DNA from: Lepidodermella squamata
Taxonomy: Eukaryota > Animalia > Gastrotricha
DNA length: 64,000 nucleotides
NCBI GenBank assembly: GCA_047495785.1
Contig: JBLDXI010000003.1
Coordinates: 310,001 to 374,000, forward strand
Reading direction: 5' to 3'
Part shown: positions 36,376 to 48,543 of the stretch, one piece after another
Numbering within the stretch: the first letter of the stretch is position 1
Layout: every line of letters begins with the position of its first letter
Position numbers and translations under genes: made by a program
Notes under the pieces: generated by a model
What the model was told of the DNA's origin: nothing
Seen by the model: only the letters and a program-made list of their open reading frames with translations
The model's database searches: none

Positions 36376-39300
36376 TTATGAGTATACTGTGAGCATTTCA
36401 AGAATTTTCTGCTGGCCAGCTGTTTCGGCCACTTCGGATGCAGTTTTTCCGGTTTTATCCCTCGCCATCAGATTAAGGTCTTCCTGTTGCAGTAAAATCC
36501 CCACAGCGGATGCACTGCCACTCCTAGCCGCCAGCATAAGGGCAGTCTCACCCTTATCATTCACCGCATTCACATCAGCCCCATGTGTCACCAGGTGGTC
36601 AATTATCAACGCAGAATCGTTGATAGCCGCGACATGAAGCGGTGTATTACCATCGATATCTCTCGCATTAACGTCAGCTCCGTAATCGACCAGCAACGTC
36701 GCGGCTTCCAACCGTCCATTTTGAGCCGCGAAATGTAAAGCAGTCGCTCCTAAATTATCAGTCGCGTTAACATCGGCCCCATTCATAGCTAGCGAATCTA
36801 TCCCATCGACCTCTCCAGAACCCGCGGCTAACATCAAAGCCGTTGTGCCAGCATCGTTGCGCGCATTGACCGAAGCACAGCAGAAAATGAGTTCGTCCAT
36901 AATTTGGCTATGACTGTTATTCGCAGCAAACATTAAAGCAGTCCAGCCGTTGGAAGGCTCCTTCGAATTAGCCGAGGCGTTACTTGATAACAGTTGAACA
37001 GTTAGTATCAAATCGCCGTAACCCGCGGCTGAAGTCAGGTCTATTGAATTGAATCTACCCCGCGGGTCGCAGCATTTTGGCTTTCCGGCTAGATCCTTAG
37101 CTGCGACGATAGGGAGTGGTGTAAATTGCTGCTTGGGATCTTCGGTCGGGAGGAAAACGAAAATCGGGCGAACTGTCGTAGTAGTTTCGTACAGAGCAGT
37201 TCCGATACTAGGCCTTAGCGTATAAATTACAGTTGTTGTAGATGAATTAATTTGATTAACAACTGATGGGTCGTTCGAGCTTGTAATTTTTACTGTGGAA
37301 GGGAGGGATGTGGCTTCTGGCGGGAAAACAGGAGTTTCTAAAATTTCGATGGGCTCGGGTAAATCATCATCGGTAGTCGTTGTAGCCTTAGACGTGGAAG
37401 GAGTCTGGAATGTCACAGATCTTGACGGTGCTTGCGAAGACGCTTGTTGAGTCCTCGTTGTCGAGAGCTGAGCTAATGTTGAAGGATTCAGGGTGGCTAT
37501 TGAGCTTGTTGGAGCAAGTCTTGTTCCTGTTGTCGAGATAGACGGCGGCGTGGGTGTGAATGTGGCAGCGGATAAAATTGTGGTAGAGGTAATAACAGTT
37601 TGAGGTGAAAGGGTTGAGGTAATAGTGATAGGATCACTCCTCCGCGATGAGATTGAGGCTAAAATCGTCCCTTGTCGCGCAGTTGGAGCAAACTTTGTTG
37701 TAGTAGTAGAAGGCAGTTGCGTCGTAGTTGTACTAGCGGGGCTCAAACTCGCCCGAGTCGTCCTTTGAGTTGCAGTTGCCGCATTCGACGAAGAAGTTCC
37801 TGTTGAAGAAGAAGGAATTTGCGATGTAGTGGTGGTTGTATCGGTTGAGCTCGGTCGAATCGTCCTTCGTGTAGAAGCAATCGACGAAGAAATTGCCGTA
37901 GAAGTAAAAGGACTTTGCGTTGTAGTCGTGGTTACAACGGTTGAACTCGGCCTAATCGTCCTTTGAGTTGCAGTTGAAGAAATCGACGAAGAACTTCCTG
38001 TTGAAGTAACAGGACTTTGCGTTGCAGAAGTAGCCGCAGCGGTTGGACTCGGTCGAATCGTTCTTTGACTCGTAGGGGAAGCGGTTGACGCAAAAGGCGT
38101 TGCTGTAGTGGAAGGTACTTGTGTTGAAGAGGACGACATACTCGCCTGGGTGTTCGTTGGTCTGATGGTTGTTTGCGTGGGCTGAATGGTGGACGTAATC
38201 GTAACAATGCTCATCTGCGAGGTCTGATTTAAAGTTCGCATCGTAATTTGTGTTGTAGTTGAAGGGCGAGTTGCAGATGAAGCTCGGAAGGACACGCCCG
38301 TAGTTTCTTTTCTCGTTGAAATGCTTGCAGTTGTTGAAACTGATAGCGCAGATGTGAGCGTGGATCTCGAAACATTTGCTATCGAAGTCTCGGTAGGGGT
38401 GGAGACTGTGGTCGTAGTCCTTCTACTACGAGTAGAGCGTGAGGATCTTGTTGAGTTTCTGCGGGTAGTTCTACGAGTTCGAGAAGTCGAAGTCATAGGG
38501 CTTGATTGATTGAGTTTTGTGGAAGTTTGAGGCTCTTGAGTGCTTGAAGGCCGAGATGAGCTTGACTGCGTAACCGAACGAGACTGGGCAGCAGTTTGCG
38601 GTTCAGGAGCTGCGCTAGTTGCAACAGTTCTTCGGTTAGCTGTAGTCGACCTTCTCGACCTTCGGGTAGTTGATTCGGGAACTTCCATAGTCCACTCATC
38701 GGTCGTTTCATCTTCTTGCGACTCAGTTGTAGTAGTAGAGGGCGTCGTAGTTTGAGGGATTCGTCTCCTAGCCGTCGAGGAGGTCGTAGTTTCTTCCGTT
38801 TCCCAGTCAATAATCGCGAAAGGCTGATTGGTCGTGGAAATTTGTCGATTGACCCTCAGAGTTGGAATGTTCGGCCTTCTTGTCGAACTTGCACCATCAG
38901 GCATTGTTTTCGGAGCTGGCTGGCAAGATCCCTGAACATTCCACTGCCCATCGCTTTCACAGGTTATAAAAGCTGATCCACTAATCACGAAGTCTGGCTT
39001 GCAGATAAAGCTTAAATCGCCGCCTGGGATCATGAAAACTATGTCCGCATTTGGTATCTCCGGCTCGTCTGAGCATTCCCTCTGCGATCGAAGAACACAT
39101 CGGCCTAATGTGGTCCAGCGGCGTGTTTCCAGGTCGCAATAAACAGCTTGGCCACCTTCAAGGGCATATCCGGGTAAACAGTCAAAGGTTCGCCAGTAAT
39201 AACCAAATGGGCTCGTGTAGTTTCCGGTGAATATCGCATTTTCGATGGCTAGATTAACTGGGCAGGTTAGCCCTGAAAAAAGAATATCTCAGTCCTAATA

Positions 39301-39458
39301 GTCTTAAATAACTCATTTGGATTGAATTTAAAATGTGAATAAATACGAGTTTGAAGGTCGGAAAAAAGGCAATAGTATCTCTTACCTTGAGAAGCTTCCG
39401 ATCTAGCTCTATGATATAGCAGGGAAATTAAGATGAGTCCAATTATGCTATTCATCAT
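36376..39458 (-). CDS. Secreted protein: signal peptide, 2 Sushi/CCP domains, Ser/Thr mucin region, C-terminal ankyrin repeats
   Basis: Exon 1 MMNSIIGLILISLLYHRARSEASQ; exon 2 from 39272 has two CCP patterns (C..FDCLPGYAL..C..W..C; C..FICKPDFVISG..C..W..C), ~550 aa S/T-rich sequence, then ~6 ANK repeats. Confidence 0.85.
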
Positions 39459-40557
39459 CCTAACGCTAGCTGGGATGAGTGAAATAAGCAAGGGTTGGTG
39501 ATGAGCCCTAAACTGAGTAGTAGTAGTTTTAATAGTAGGTAGCTGAGGAATGGCAACACGAGCAGCGCGTAAAACTAACCTCCGCCTGAGTGTTTGTGCA
39601 CGCCTGCTGTCAAAGGGCACGCGCTCAGTGCCATCATTATGGTAGTAGTAGTAGCAGTATGGTATAGTGTTAGTGTAGCCTTAGTTGGCACTAATGACTG
39701 GCCAGTGCCCCGTTATGCCGGGGCTTCACGATGTGTTGTAGCAGTTGGGTTTATATCAGATGACTTTGTTGTTAGGTGCCAGCGAAATGCAACATAGCGA
39801 GAGAGGCATTATTTGCGGTATTACAAGCTATGATCATGGATTATTTAACGCATCGCGTGTTATCATCATGATGTGTATTTAATTGACCTGATTGACACCT
39901 GCGAATTAATTGAGCCATGGCGATTCTGCAATCGAAGAAATTAATCCAAAGAATTTAGGCAGCTTACAACCTCAATAAAATTGAGCGTGGATTTGCCCAT
40001 TCATGAGCACTGAGCTGTACTGAGAATAATCCGAGGTTTTACCGAAGCCCATATCAGACTTTTTTTCATTTTTCAAGATATGTTCCAGTTAATCAGCTCA
40101 ACTCAAAAATACGCAATTGTCCAGCAGATTGGGAGATTTCAAGATATCTTCGGGATTTCAGGATAAATAAGTTGAAACATTGTTTCCTTCAAAGTGCCCA
40201 ATCCTTGAGCAAACAGGCAAATTTGTTTGAGCTTGCTAGCAGTTCTGCTTGTGTTGATACATATTCAAATTGCAGCTGACGCAATTACAAGCCCTCCATC
40301 TTTTTTCCAATATGAATAAAGCTTGCTCCAAAACAAGCTTCATGCCAAATTATAGCTTGCTCCACCCTGATTCTTATCAGATTTCACCATTTTTTGTAAC
40401 GATGTAATCAATTTCGAGATTAACTGACACTTTATCGCACGCTGGGATTCTTGGATTCTGAACTCAATTTTGCCCAACCTAAACTCGTGATAAGCTGATT
40501 TCTAAGTTGACAACTTACAGTTTTACAATTTTGTGATAGCTACTCTGTCATTTTAAA

Positions 40558-42751
40558 ATGAGAATTCCAAGAGAACCAGAAGGTATCCGCGGTGATTTCT
40601 ATCGTGCCTGTATAAATGGCGATGCGGGCAAGGTGAAAGAGTGCATCGAAAAGGACAGCAGTCTCCCCTTTCAATTATACGAAGACATCAATGCCTACAG
40701 CGACTCAGCAACTGGTCTTATGGCTGCCGCAGCTAATGGTCATGTGGAAATCTGCGAGTTACTACTCCGCCATCCTGGCGTTGACATAAACTTCGCTGGA
40801 GAAGTCGGCGAAACTGCCTTAACAGTAGCTGTAGCAGGGAATAATATCGAGGTTGCTAGATTCTTACTGGAGGACGGAGCTGATATCAACAAGCGACCTG
40901 GTTACGATAACGTAGGTCTTCTAATGCTAGCTAGAAGTTTGGAAATGACGCGGCTGTTGGTGGAATTTGGCGCTGATGTCGATGAAACTAACAATCAAGG
41001 CTGGTCAGCTCTCATGTACTATTGCCGAAACGGCGATCTTGACGTCATCCGTTATATGGTGGAGGAAAAACATGCTAAACTGGTTCCAAGTCCACCGGTC
41101 GAAGACAGTGGGGAAGTTTTGAGTGCAATATCGATAGCTGCTCAATACAGTCATTTGGAGATATGCCAATTTCTTGCAGAGAAAATGGGCAGGTACGTCT
41201 TTGCTGACAAAGCGTGTATAATTTAAGGGACCGAGTGGGTTATTTACGGTCTTGCTTACTCGCTATATCGGGTTTAACTTACTTTTATCAAAACCAAAGT
41301 ACGTTTGCCAAATTTCTCGCAGAAAACATAGGGAGGTTTTAGGTGGGGAAATTGGGCTATTTACAGTGCCATTGGGGCTTTTTGGTCAGATAAATTCGGA
41401 GCTCAATCACCTACCTCAGGTATCCTCGAGGATCCAATTAATTGGTCGCATGTCCGTACCGATGTGTTAGTAATTCTTATCTATAGCGAAATGGGAAAGA
41501 GGCCTACTATCTACTATAGATAAATTTGACTAGCTGCCTTTTCGCCGTTAGCTTCATTAGGTTTGCCAATCATTGGGAAATATGCCTGGCCTCAGCGTCC
41601 TGGGAAACCATTTGAAAGGCGAGGACATCTTGCCATCTGAATATCTGAATAGATAAATAGTAACTATAAATAATCCAAAGCCTAGTAAGCTTTTCCTCAC
41701 TAATCAGACTATTATTAGTTTCCATGATTCTCAGGATTAGCAATGAAGGTAATCCACATTCACGATATTTGCTTTTTGTTTAATTTTCAGCGAACTGGAT
41801 CCATGTGCCGTGCTGAGAACTATATGCAACTGTGGCGGTTCGACTTACAGCCCTTACTTCGAACAGAGAATGGCATTGGCCGAATGGGTCATACAGCAGC
41901 TTAAGCCTGATCTCACGCAAGCTAACAGTTACGGCTACACGGCCCTCATGCTCGCTGCTTTCAGAGATGATCCGTACCTTGTTAAACTTCTCCTGCAATC
42001 CGGAGCCGCCAACTCATTGGAGATCGCAAATAAAGAAGGTGAAACAGCCCTGCTGCAGGTCTATCCTCCTTACACTGTGGACAAGAAGAATAACTACGAT
42101 GCCAACATCCGCATGCTTGTCGAGTATGGTGCCAATGTGAATGCGGCAAATCCCACGACTGGTGAAACGATTCTCATGCGCTTACTCAAACTCGATATTA
42201 AACCGGACACAGTCAGATTCCTACTCGAGTCCGGTGCTGATCCAACCGTCAGAAAAAAATCGGGCGAGGGCGTTATGGAGATTTTTTGCAACTCAATCCT
42301 CGATCTTAAGAAACTTGAGATGGAATCGCCGGATCGAATGGGCAAATGGCTGAAACTTCTTGTAGTCGAATGCGGGCTGCAACTACCGTTTCATGAATTG
42401 CCGGCCGTGATTCCTGAAATTTGTTCACTACTCAGCGATGACGAGTTGGAACTTGCTTTCCTAATGTTAGACACTCCATCGATTGATTTGGAGCAATCAA
42501 GATTCTCGGCGGTTCTCCTTGGGCAGGAGTATCAGTGTTACTATCTTGATTTGAGCCTCGAGAGGATTCAAAGAATCGATGACCTTGGACGCAGATTGGA
42601 AAGATTGTGGCCGTTGCCTTTGAAAAGGCTATGCCGAATGAGCTTATTAAGATGCTTGCCGTCTGGCTGGAAACAGAGACGTTTTGCATTTGATGAGCTT
42701 CATAGATTTCTGTCTAAAGAATTTGTACAATATCTCAGGTTTCTTGAATGA
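40558..42751 (+). CDS. Ankyrin repeat and SOCS-box protein (ASB-like; 2 exons)
   Basis: Multiple ANK repeats; C-terminal PLPLKRLCRMSLLRCL...FVQYLRF SOCS/BC box; intron ~41193-41790. Confidence 0.85.
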
Positions 42752-45664
42752 AGTTTGAATGTTGACATTAAATGTTAACAAACAATTGAAAATTGAATAT
42801 CTCTATGACTGGAAACTTTTACATTCACAATTCACAAATCATCACGCAATACATTGCTATTTATTATGGAATTGAATGCATCAGCCATCGGCGTCATCTC
42901 GTTGCATGGACTCTAGGCCCTACAAATTCAATTTTCATACCATGCAGTACATGTTACTGGCACGGATGTACAAAAACATTTGGGCTTTTAGCTCTAAAAG
43001 CTCTAAAAGCTCTAAAAGCGGGAGTATGGAGGCTGTTTGCCTATTTTGACATTTCGCCTTCATTACTTTGATAATAACAATTGTTCAACGGAAATGCGGA
43101 AAATCTTCATAGTGGTTACAAGCTTGCTGACGATTATAGGTAGTATGCATGGTAGAATATATACATAAAATTAAAGGCCAGTTGACAACAGCAAAAAACA
43201 GCGACAACTTTGTGAACAACTTTGCTAACGATCAGGTGAAATAATGTCAAATACTGCAAAGAGTGAACAACTGAACTGGATAAGTGCCAGGTCAATCAAT
43301 TTGTGAGAATATTTTCATTTGGTGAAGACGACAAGGTACAGGTTAGCTATTAGCAGCGCTTCGAAAGCGACACAAAAAACCAGCAAATCGAAGATCCGAA
43401 TAAACGGCAAGCTGAGCTTCTTGACAATCACAACTTCCACAGCGCAGAAACGCTTAAACCTCTTGCTGGTGACAATGACTGTCGCAGCGATTTCGTAAAC
43501 AGCAATTGCAGCGGTTATTCCAGTGAGCATCAGCACGTAGTCTGTAAACAGCAGCTGTTTCGAATTCTGAGATACACTAGCCAAAACATCCGACTGAGCT
43601 ACGACCAAAGCTAGCATTAGAGTTGCGCATAGCATCGGCCGATCAGGGACTTCAGGATCCATGAGTAGGGAGCTGAAACCAAGAACAACCAGAAGGTAGC
43701 AAGGAATCATCAGATTGACAATGTAGTAAGTAGGATCGCGTTTGTAGGTCAGAGCGATCTTGCCGTAAGAAACAGCAGCTCCAGTTCTCGAAGGAGAAGG
43801 GCATGTGCCCCGAATGGTGCGCGAAGTGGCCAAGGTCCACATGCTGGTCGATAGCGAATCGTAGGCTTTGACGTAAACTCCGGTTATAGCGACAAAGTCA
43901 GCCGGCTCGTCCATCAGAAAAGTAAATTCGCATGTCTGAGAATCGAACGGGAATTTCCTCAGGTCCATTCGGCAGGCCGATGAAAACGCGCCTACTCTAT
44001 CCCAGTGGAAGAACAGCGTTCGATTAGGCGTAGTTCCGTAGTACATGATTTGAGCCTTCTCGCCATAGTTTTGATTCGTCAAATAGACATCAGTCGTGGA
44101 GTTAGTCAGGGCTATTTTCGGCTTCCAAAAGTTGATGTTATTCGCAGGGATGACCCGCTCTGTCACATTGGCGCCAGGCGCTGTGTACTCAGCTGAGCAG
44201 GACAGAACTGGCCATTGGACCAGCAGAGAGCCCCACAGATTTATCTCGCCCTCAACTTGGTTGATCGAGACCAGCCTTTCGACTGAGAATGTTAGGTAGA
44301 GCTGTGTGTTTATCTAAGGAGAATGCCGTTCCACGTCAAGGTAGGGACATGGTTCGAGGTCTTTATACTTGACCTTAGGCTCGTAATTCCCGTCTAAAAT
44401 ATCGGGAATCGGGGCGCTATTGGGATTCGAGTTGTTGAATAATAGGTCTTGTGAGGCGACCGTACTTGGGCCTGACGTTCCCGAAATAATTGTTGTAACT
44501 TGCGATTTAGCGGTTGAAATTATCGGTATGGTTGTTGTTACAAGTGGTTTGGTCGTTGCAGTTGGAGAAGTCACGGCTGCTGTTGTAGTTACAGTAGTTG
44601 TTGTCGATGGGCTTGGGCTTGTCGATGTTGTAGTAGTTTGTGCCACGACTTCGTTCAAGTGCCATATCATTCTGCGCAATATAAATAAATGCCATGCAAA
44701 AATGAATTCTGAACTAATAAAAGCCCACATTTTTCTAAGATAAACGGCTTGTCTTTGCAATCCATACAGCGCGTATAAAAGAGAGTTGTTAAAGGCATTG
44801 CTTCGAAAGCCAGGAACTGCGAAGTTGGTGAAACAAGCGAAGCCCTTAGCAGCTGGTAGTTTCGCGAACGAAACGTTTATGAAATCATTGACGTGCTGAA
44901 TTATGACGCGATAAGTCGCGTTTCCGGAGGTGTTGCAAAACGCTACGTCGCCGCACCCAACAGGAGAAGGTGTTGTTCCATTCGGTGGAATGACGGTTTC
45001 ATTATTTAGGAAGTAGCCAGCGTAAAATTCGCCTCGATTCCGGATCAAGTTCTGCCAAAAGCTAACGCCCATCACACGATAAACTCCAGTTTGGACAGAA
45101 GAACTGCCGTTGAATACTAGGTTTATGAATAGGCAAATAATATTTTCTGAATATTTTATCCATATTTTGCAACTTGTTTACTATTTATTGGGGTACGCGC
45201 GTTAAGGTTGAAAACTACGCCAAACCAAGCTGCAGTAGAGCCACACGTCACGTCCACGTCAATTTCAACGCGCCAATCGCTATAGTAATAGTAATAGAAC
45301 TGAAATAGACATTATATGCTAATTCTTGTTTCTTTAGAGTGAATGCGAAATACCCAAGAAGCAATACCATATTCGATAGAAATGCTATTCGGGTAAGTTT
45401 GCATAGGTGTCGTTGTCCAGTTGTATTCTCCTGTGTAGTCGCGACTTACGTAGCCACTGAAAGTCGTCTTGGTATAATTTGAAGGGAGTGGGAGTGTGAC
45501 CAGATCAGGAATTGGAGGGCTATCCTCGATAAGGCCCCACAAGTACCTAGTAATATTCAGTGTCAAGAATAAGTCATGTCTTAGTAGCTGAACACTGGCT
45601 TGTCCATGTCCACGAACAAATTGATTTCGAACGCGTTTTTCAAGCACGGCGTACTTCAAACTTT

Positions 45665-45955
45665 TATAAAGCGAACTTTGAGGACTAGAAGGGCATGCCG
45701 CTTACTCTAATCCTAGGTCTTAACGTAAGTGAGTAGGATGAACATTTCCGCAAGACAGATTTCGACTGGTGCAGTCTAGCTGACACTCCCAGCCTCCCAA
45801 TTTTCTATTTTTTAACGCGATGGATTGGTAAAACCACCGCGGGGCCGATGGGGAACTCGATCCTGGTTCCGTTACTAGGACTTGAACCCAGTCCCGAGCG
45901 ATATCCCCTCAGATACTCAATAGCTCAACGACCCAACTGAGCCACCGTGCCTCCC
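45665..45955 (-). mobile_element. tRNA-derived SINE-like element
   Basis: Pol III A box GGTGGCTCAGTTGG (45946-45933) and B box GGGTTCAAGTCCT (45889-45877), no full cloverleaf, followed by body sequence. Confidence 0.55.
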
Positions 45956-46164
45956 TAAAAAATTCAAAGAAAACATGCACATAAGTATTACTATCTCACC
46001 TTTTAGAACAGGCTGTATAACAATTTTTTTGTTATCTTCGTTAATGTAATTTGTAATTTTCAGCGAAACGGGGGTAGAATAATTAGTCAACTGATGAGCA
46101 CTGTATTCAAGAAAGGCAACGTCAGCTATTGAATAAATGAAATGATATGGTGCCAAATGCTATA

Positions 46165-46271
46165 CAGGGTGTTCGTTAAATAATATCTAGCTTTTAGCTT
46201 TGAAACGCTGAAACGCGTGCCAAAAAGTAGCAAAGCTATTTATAACTACCTATTATTTCTTGAACACCCTG
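46165..46271. mobile_element. 107-bp Tc1/mariner MITE
   Basis: TA-CAGGGTGTTC...GAACACCCTG-TA. Confidence 0.8.
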
Positions 46272-47556
46272 TAGTTTTCTTCTAGATGTTATTGGATATT
46301 TATTAGAGTAATACCAAGTGACGGAATTTACCTTTCATGGCGGAAATATTTACAGGGTTTTAGGGGGAGGGGGGCGTAGATCACAATGTTGTCTATATCT
46401 ATCACCGATAAGACTGTGCCGAAATTCATTGAACTCGCTCTATCCGCACATCGGAGCACCTTAATTTCTTCGATCGGAATTTCGAATCCAAAACAAAGTC
46501 GCATACCTAGGGTCTATTTCACTGCTTTAAAAAGCATATTAACCCTCTTTGACCGGCAGTAACACCCGTGTTACAGTTCACAAACAAAATTGCAGCCAGA
46601 TGAATTCAGGGCCAAAATTGATGCCCTTTCACAGAAATGATGCTGCTTATATAAGCAATCGATTGAAAAAAGTTGGCAGATATATGATGAATGGCCAATG
46701 TGTAGTACAGTCGCAGTATTTACGGCATAGTCCTTCTCAGTACGGATGTACTGGTGTTGTGATCGTGATTTTTGTAGATTATATATGCGTCGAACATAAA
46801 GTTAGGCTTCATCCCATGCCTAAATTCGCTTCCTACACATATTGGTGTTGTTTTTTTACAAAATTTAACACCCGTGTTACTCTAGGCTCAAAGCGGTCCA
46901 AGTAATTAACGTATTATTTATTGCGTTGGCGGTCGGGTGGTGATAAATTACGCATCGCGAAGTGGCAAATAAGCTTTCTACGTATTGAGGAAGCACATTT
47001 CCGGGCCCGCCTATGAGCTGAAATGTGCTGTCATTTTCTTACTTCAAATTAGTTAAAAATCGATTAAATCACATAATGGGACCTAGAAGTCGGAACCTTT
47101 TGACCAATTTTTTCGGTAATTACGGAATTTTACCTGGCTGGGCCGAATTTCTCACGGTTCCTTCATTTTTCCTGGCACGTGGCATAGTTAATAATCATTA
47201 CCTAGCTATTTAAAATTCATTAGACCTTGATATCTTGAATCGCCACTGATTTCAGGCCTTCGGACCCCATTATCAAAGGTTCAGGTCCAAGTCTCAAGGT
47301 CATTACTTGCATTGACTTCTCGGCCATAAACTGGTGTTTTGAATATTTCGTGAAGAGTTTCTGATAGTATGAAGAGAGAAATTGGGAATAAATAACATAA
47401 TCACAGCCCCCAGGTATAAGGCGGACATCCGCCCATTGTAACACCGGTGTTACATTACGTAACTTGTTAATGGTAAAGTATTTTTGAAAACGGATTTCGG
47501 ATTCGTCATCTACGCATCAAAGTTAGTAAGAATTTCAAGTCAGACTAATTTTCCTG

Positions 47557-47592
<36 letters not shown>

Positions 47593-47596
<4 letters not shown>

Positions 47597-48543
47597 GTAT
47601 CGCAATGAGCAATTCTTCCAATTGCCGATAGAGATATCTCTAACCCCGATCTGCCCAAGATAGCTGCATAGCCTATAGAGATATCTCTATGGCAATAAAT
47701 AGTGGTTCATAGAGATATCTCATTGAGCAATAATTTTACTACGACACGTGCCGTTTAGGAGACACGCGTTTAGGTTTTTATAAGTTTTTAATACAAAAAA
47801 ATTTAGAAAACATTTATCAAAGTAGTTTAAATCAGAGACCCATATTATAATGCCTAAAGCTTTATTGCCCAAAGATTTAGCGGAGAAGGAGCTGTTCATC
47901 AAAGCCTGTAGTGAAAGTGGAAAGGTTGATGGTGTTACAGCTGATCGCAAGCACAACCTGAGGCATTTGTTTTGCGTTGTTGGCGGTAAACTGAAGTACC
48001 GAGAAGCCGAACAAAAACAAGCCGAAAATTGGCATGTCCTGGTGATGGACACCTTCTTGGAACGTGCAAAGAAGTACCACACCGAGAATAGCCACGCTGG
48101 ATATAGCGCCGTAGTAGCCTTTTTTAAGCTTTTTTAAGGAGGACCAAGCTGAAGGGTGCCGTTGCAAGTCTGGGTGCAAGTCAACAATAAAACGTTGCGC
48201 ATGTCGTAACTGGAAAGTTGGCAAGGTCCTGCAGCCTATGAAATGTGGTCCTTCCTGTTTATGCTCAAAAACTAATTTTTGCGAAAACAAGTAGTTGATG
48301 TGTTTTTCGGCATCTATCGATGAGTTTGAGTAATGAAAATGAAGAAGATGTGAATAGAATGATTCATTTTTAATATTTCGTTAATAAACATCGACATTAT
48401 GTGTTATTGCTCTAAGAGATATCTCAATTGGCAATAATTTATTGACAATTTATTAATTTGCTCAAAGGAGGCCCCCTTTAAGCAATTGCTAATAGAGATA
48501 TCTCTATCGTCAATTGGAGGAAATTGCTCATTGCGATACGACA
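47593..48543 (+). mobile_element. Internally deleted Ginger/KRBA2-like DNA transposon inserted in (TA)n
   Basis: TGT-ending ~45-bp TIRs; (TA)16 left and (TA)5 right; coding remnants YHTENSHAG (integrase zinc-binding-like) and GCRCKSGCKSTIKRCAC...C.C (CXC-like); repeated AGAGATATCTC. Confidence 0.65.

Noticed and set aside
1833-44316. Possible TAG reassignment (in-frame TAGs at 1833 and 44314)
   Set aside because: Only two cases, one in a frameshifted gene; TAG ends other genes normally (12556, 20175, 60029).
45877-45955. tRNA gene
   Set aside because: A and B boxes present but no convincing cloverleaf; continues into SINE-like body.
46539-46910. piggyBac-like element beginning TTAACCCT
   Set aside because: No matching right end (AGGGTTAA) found; only internal TAACACCCGTGTTAC repeats.
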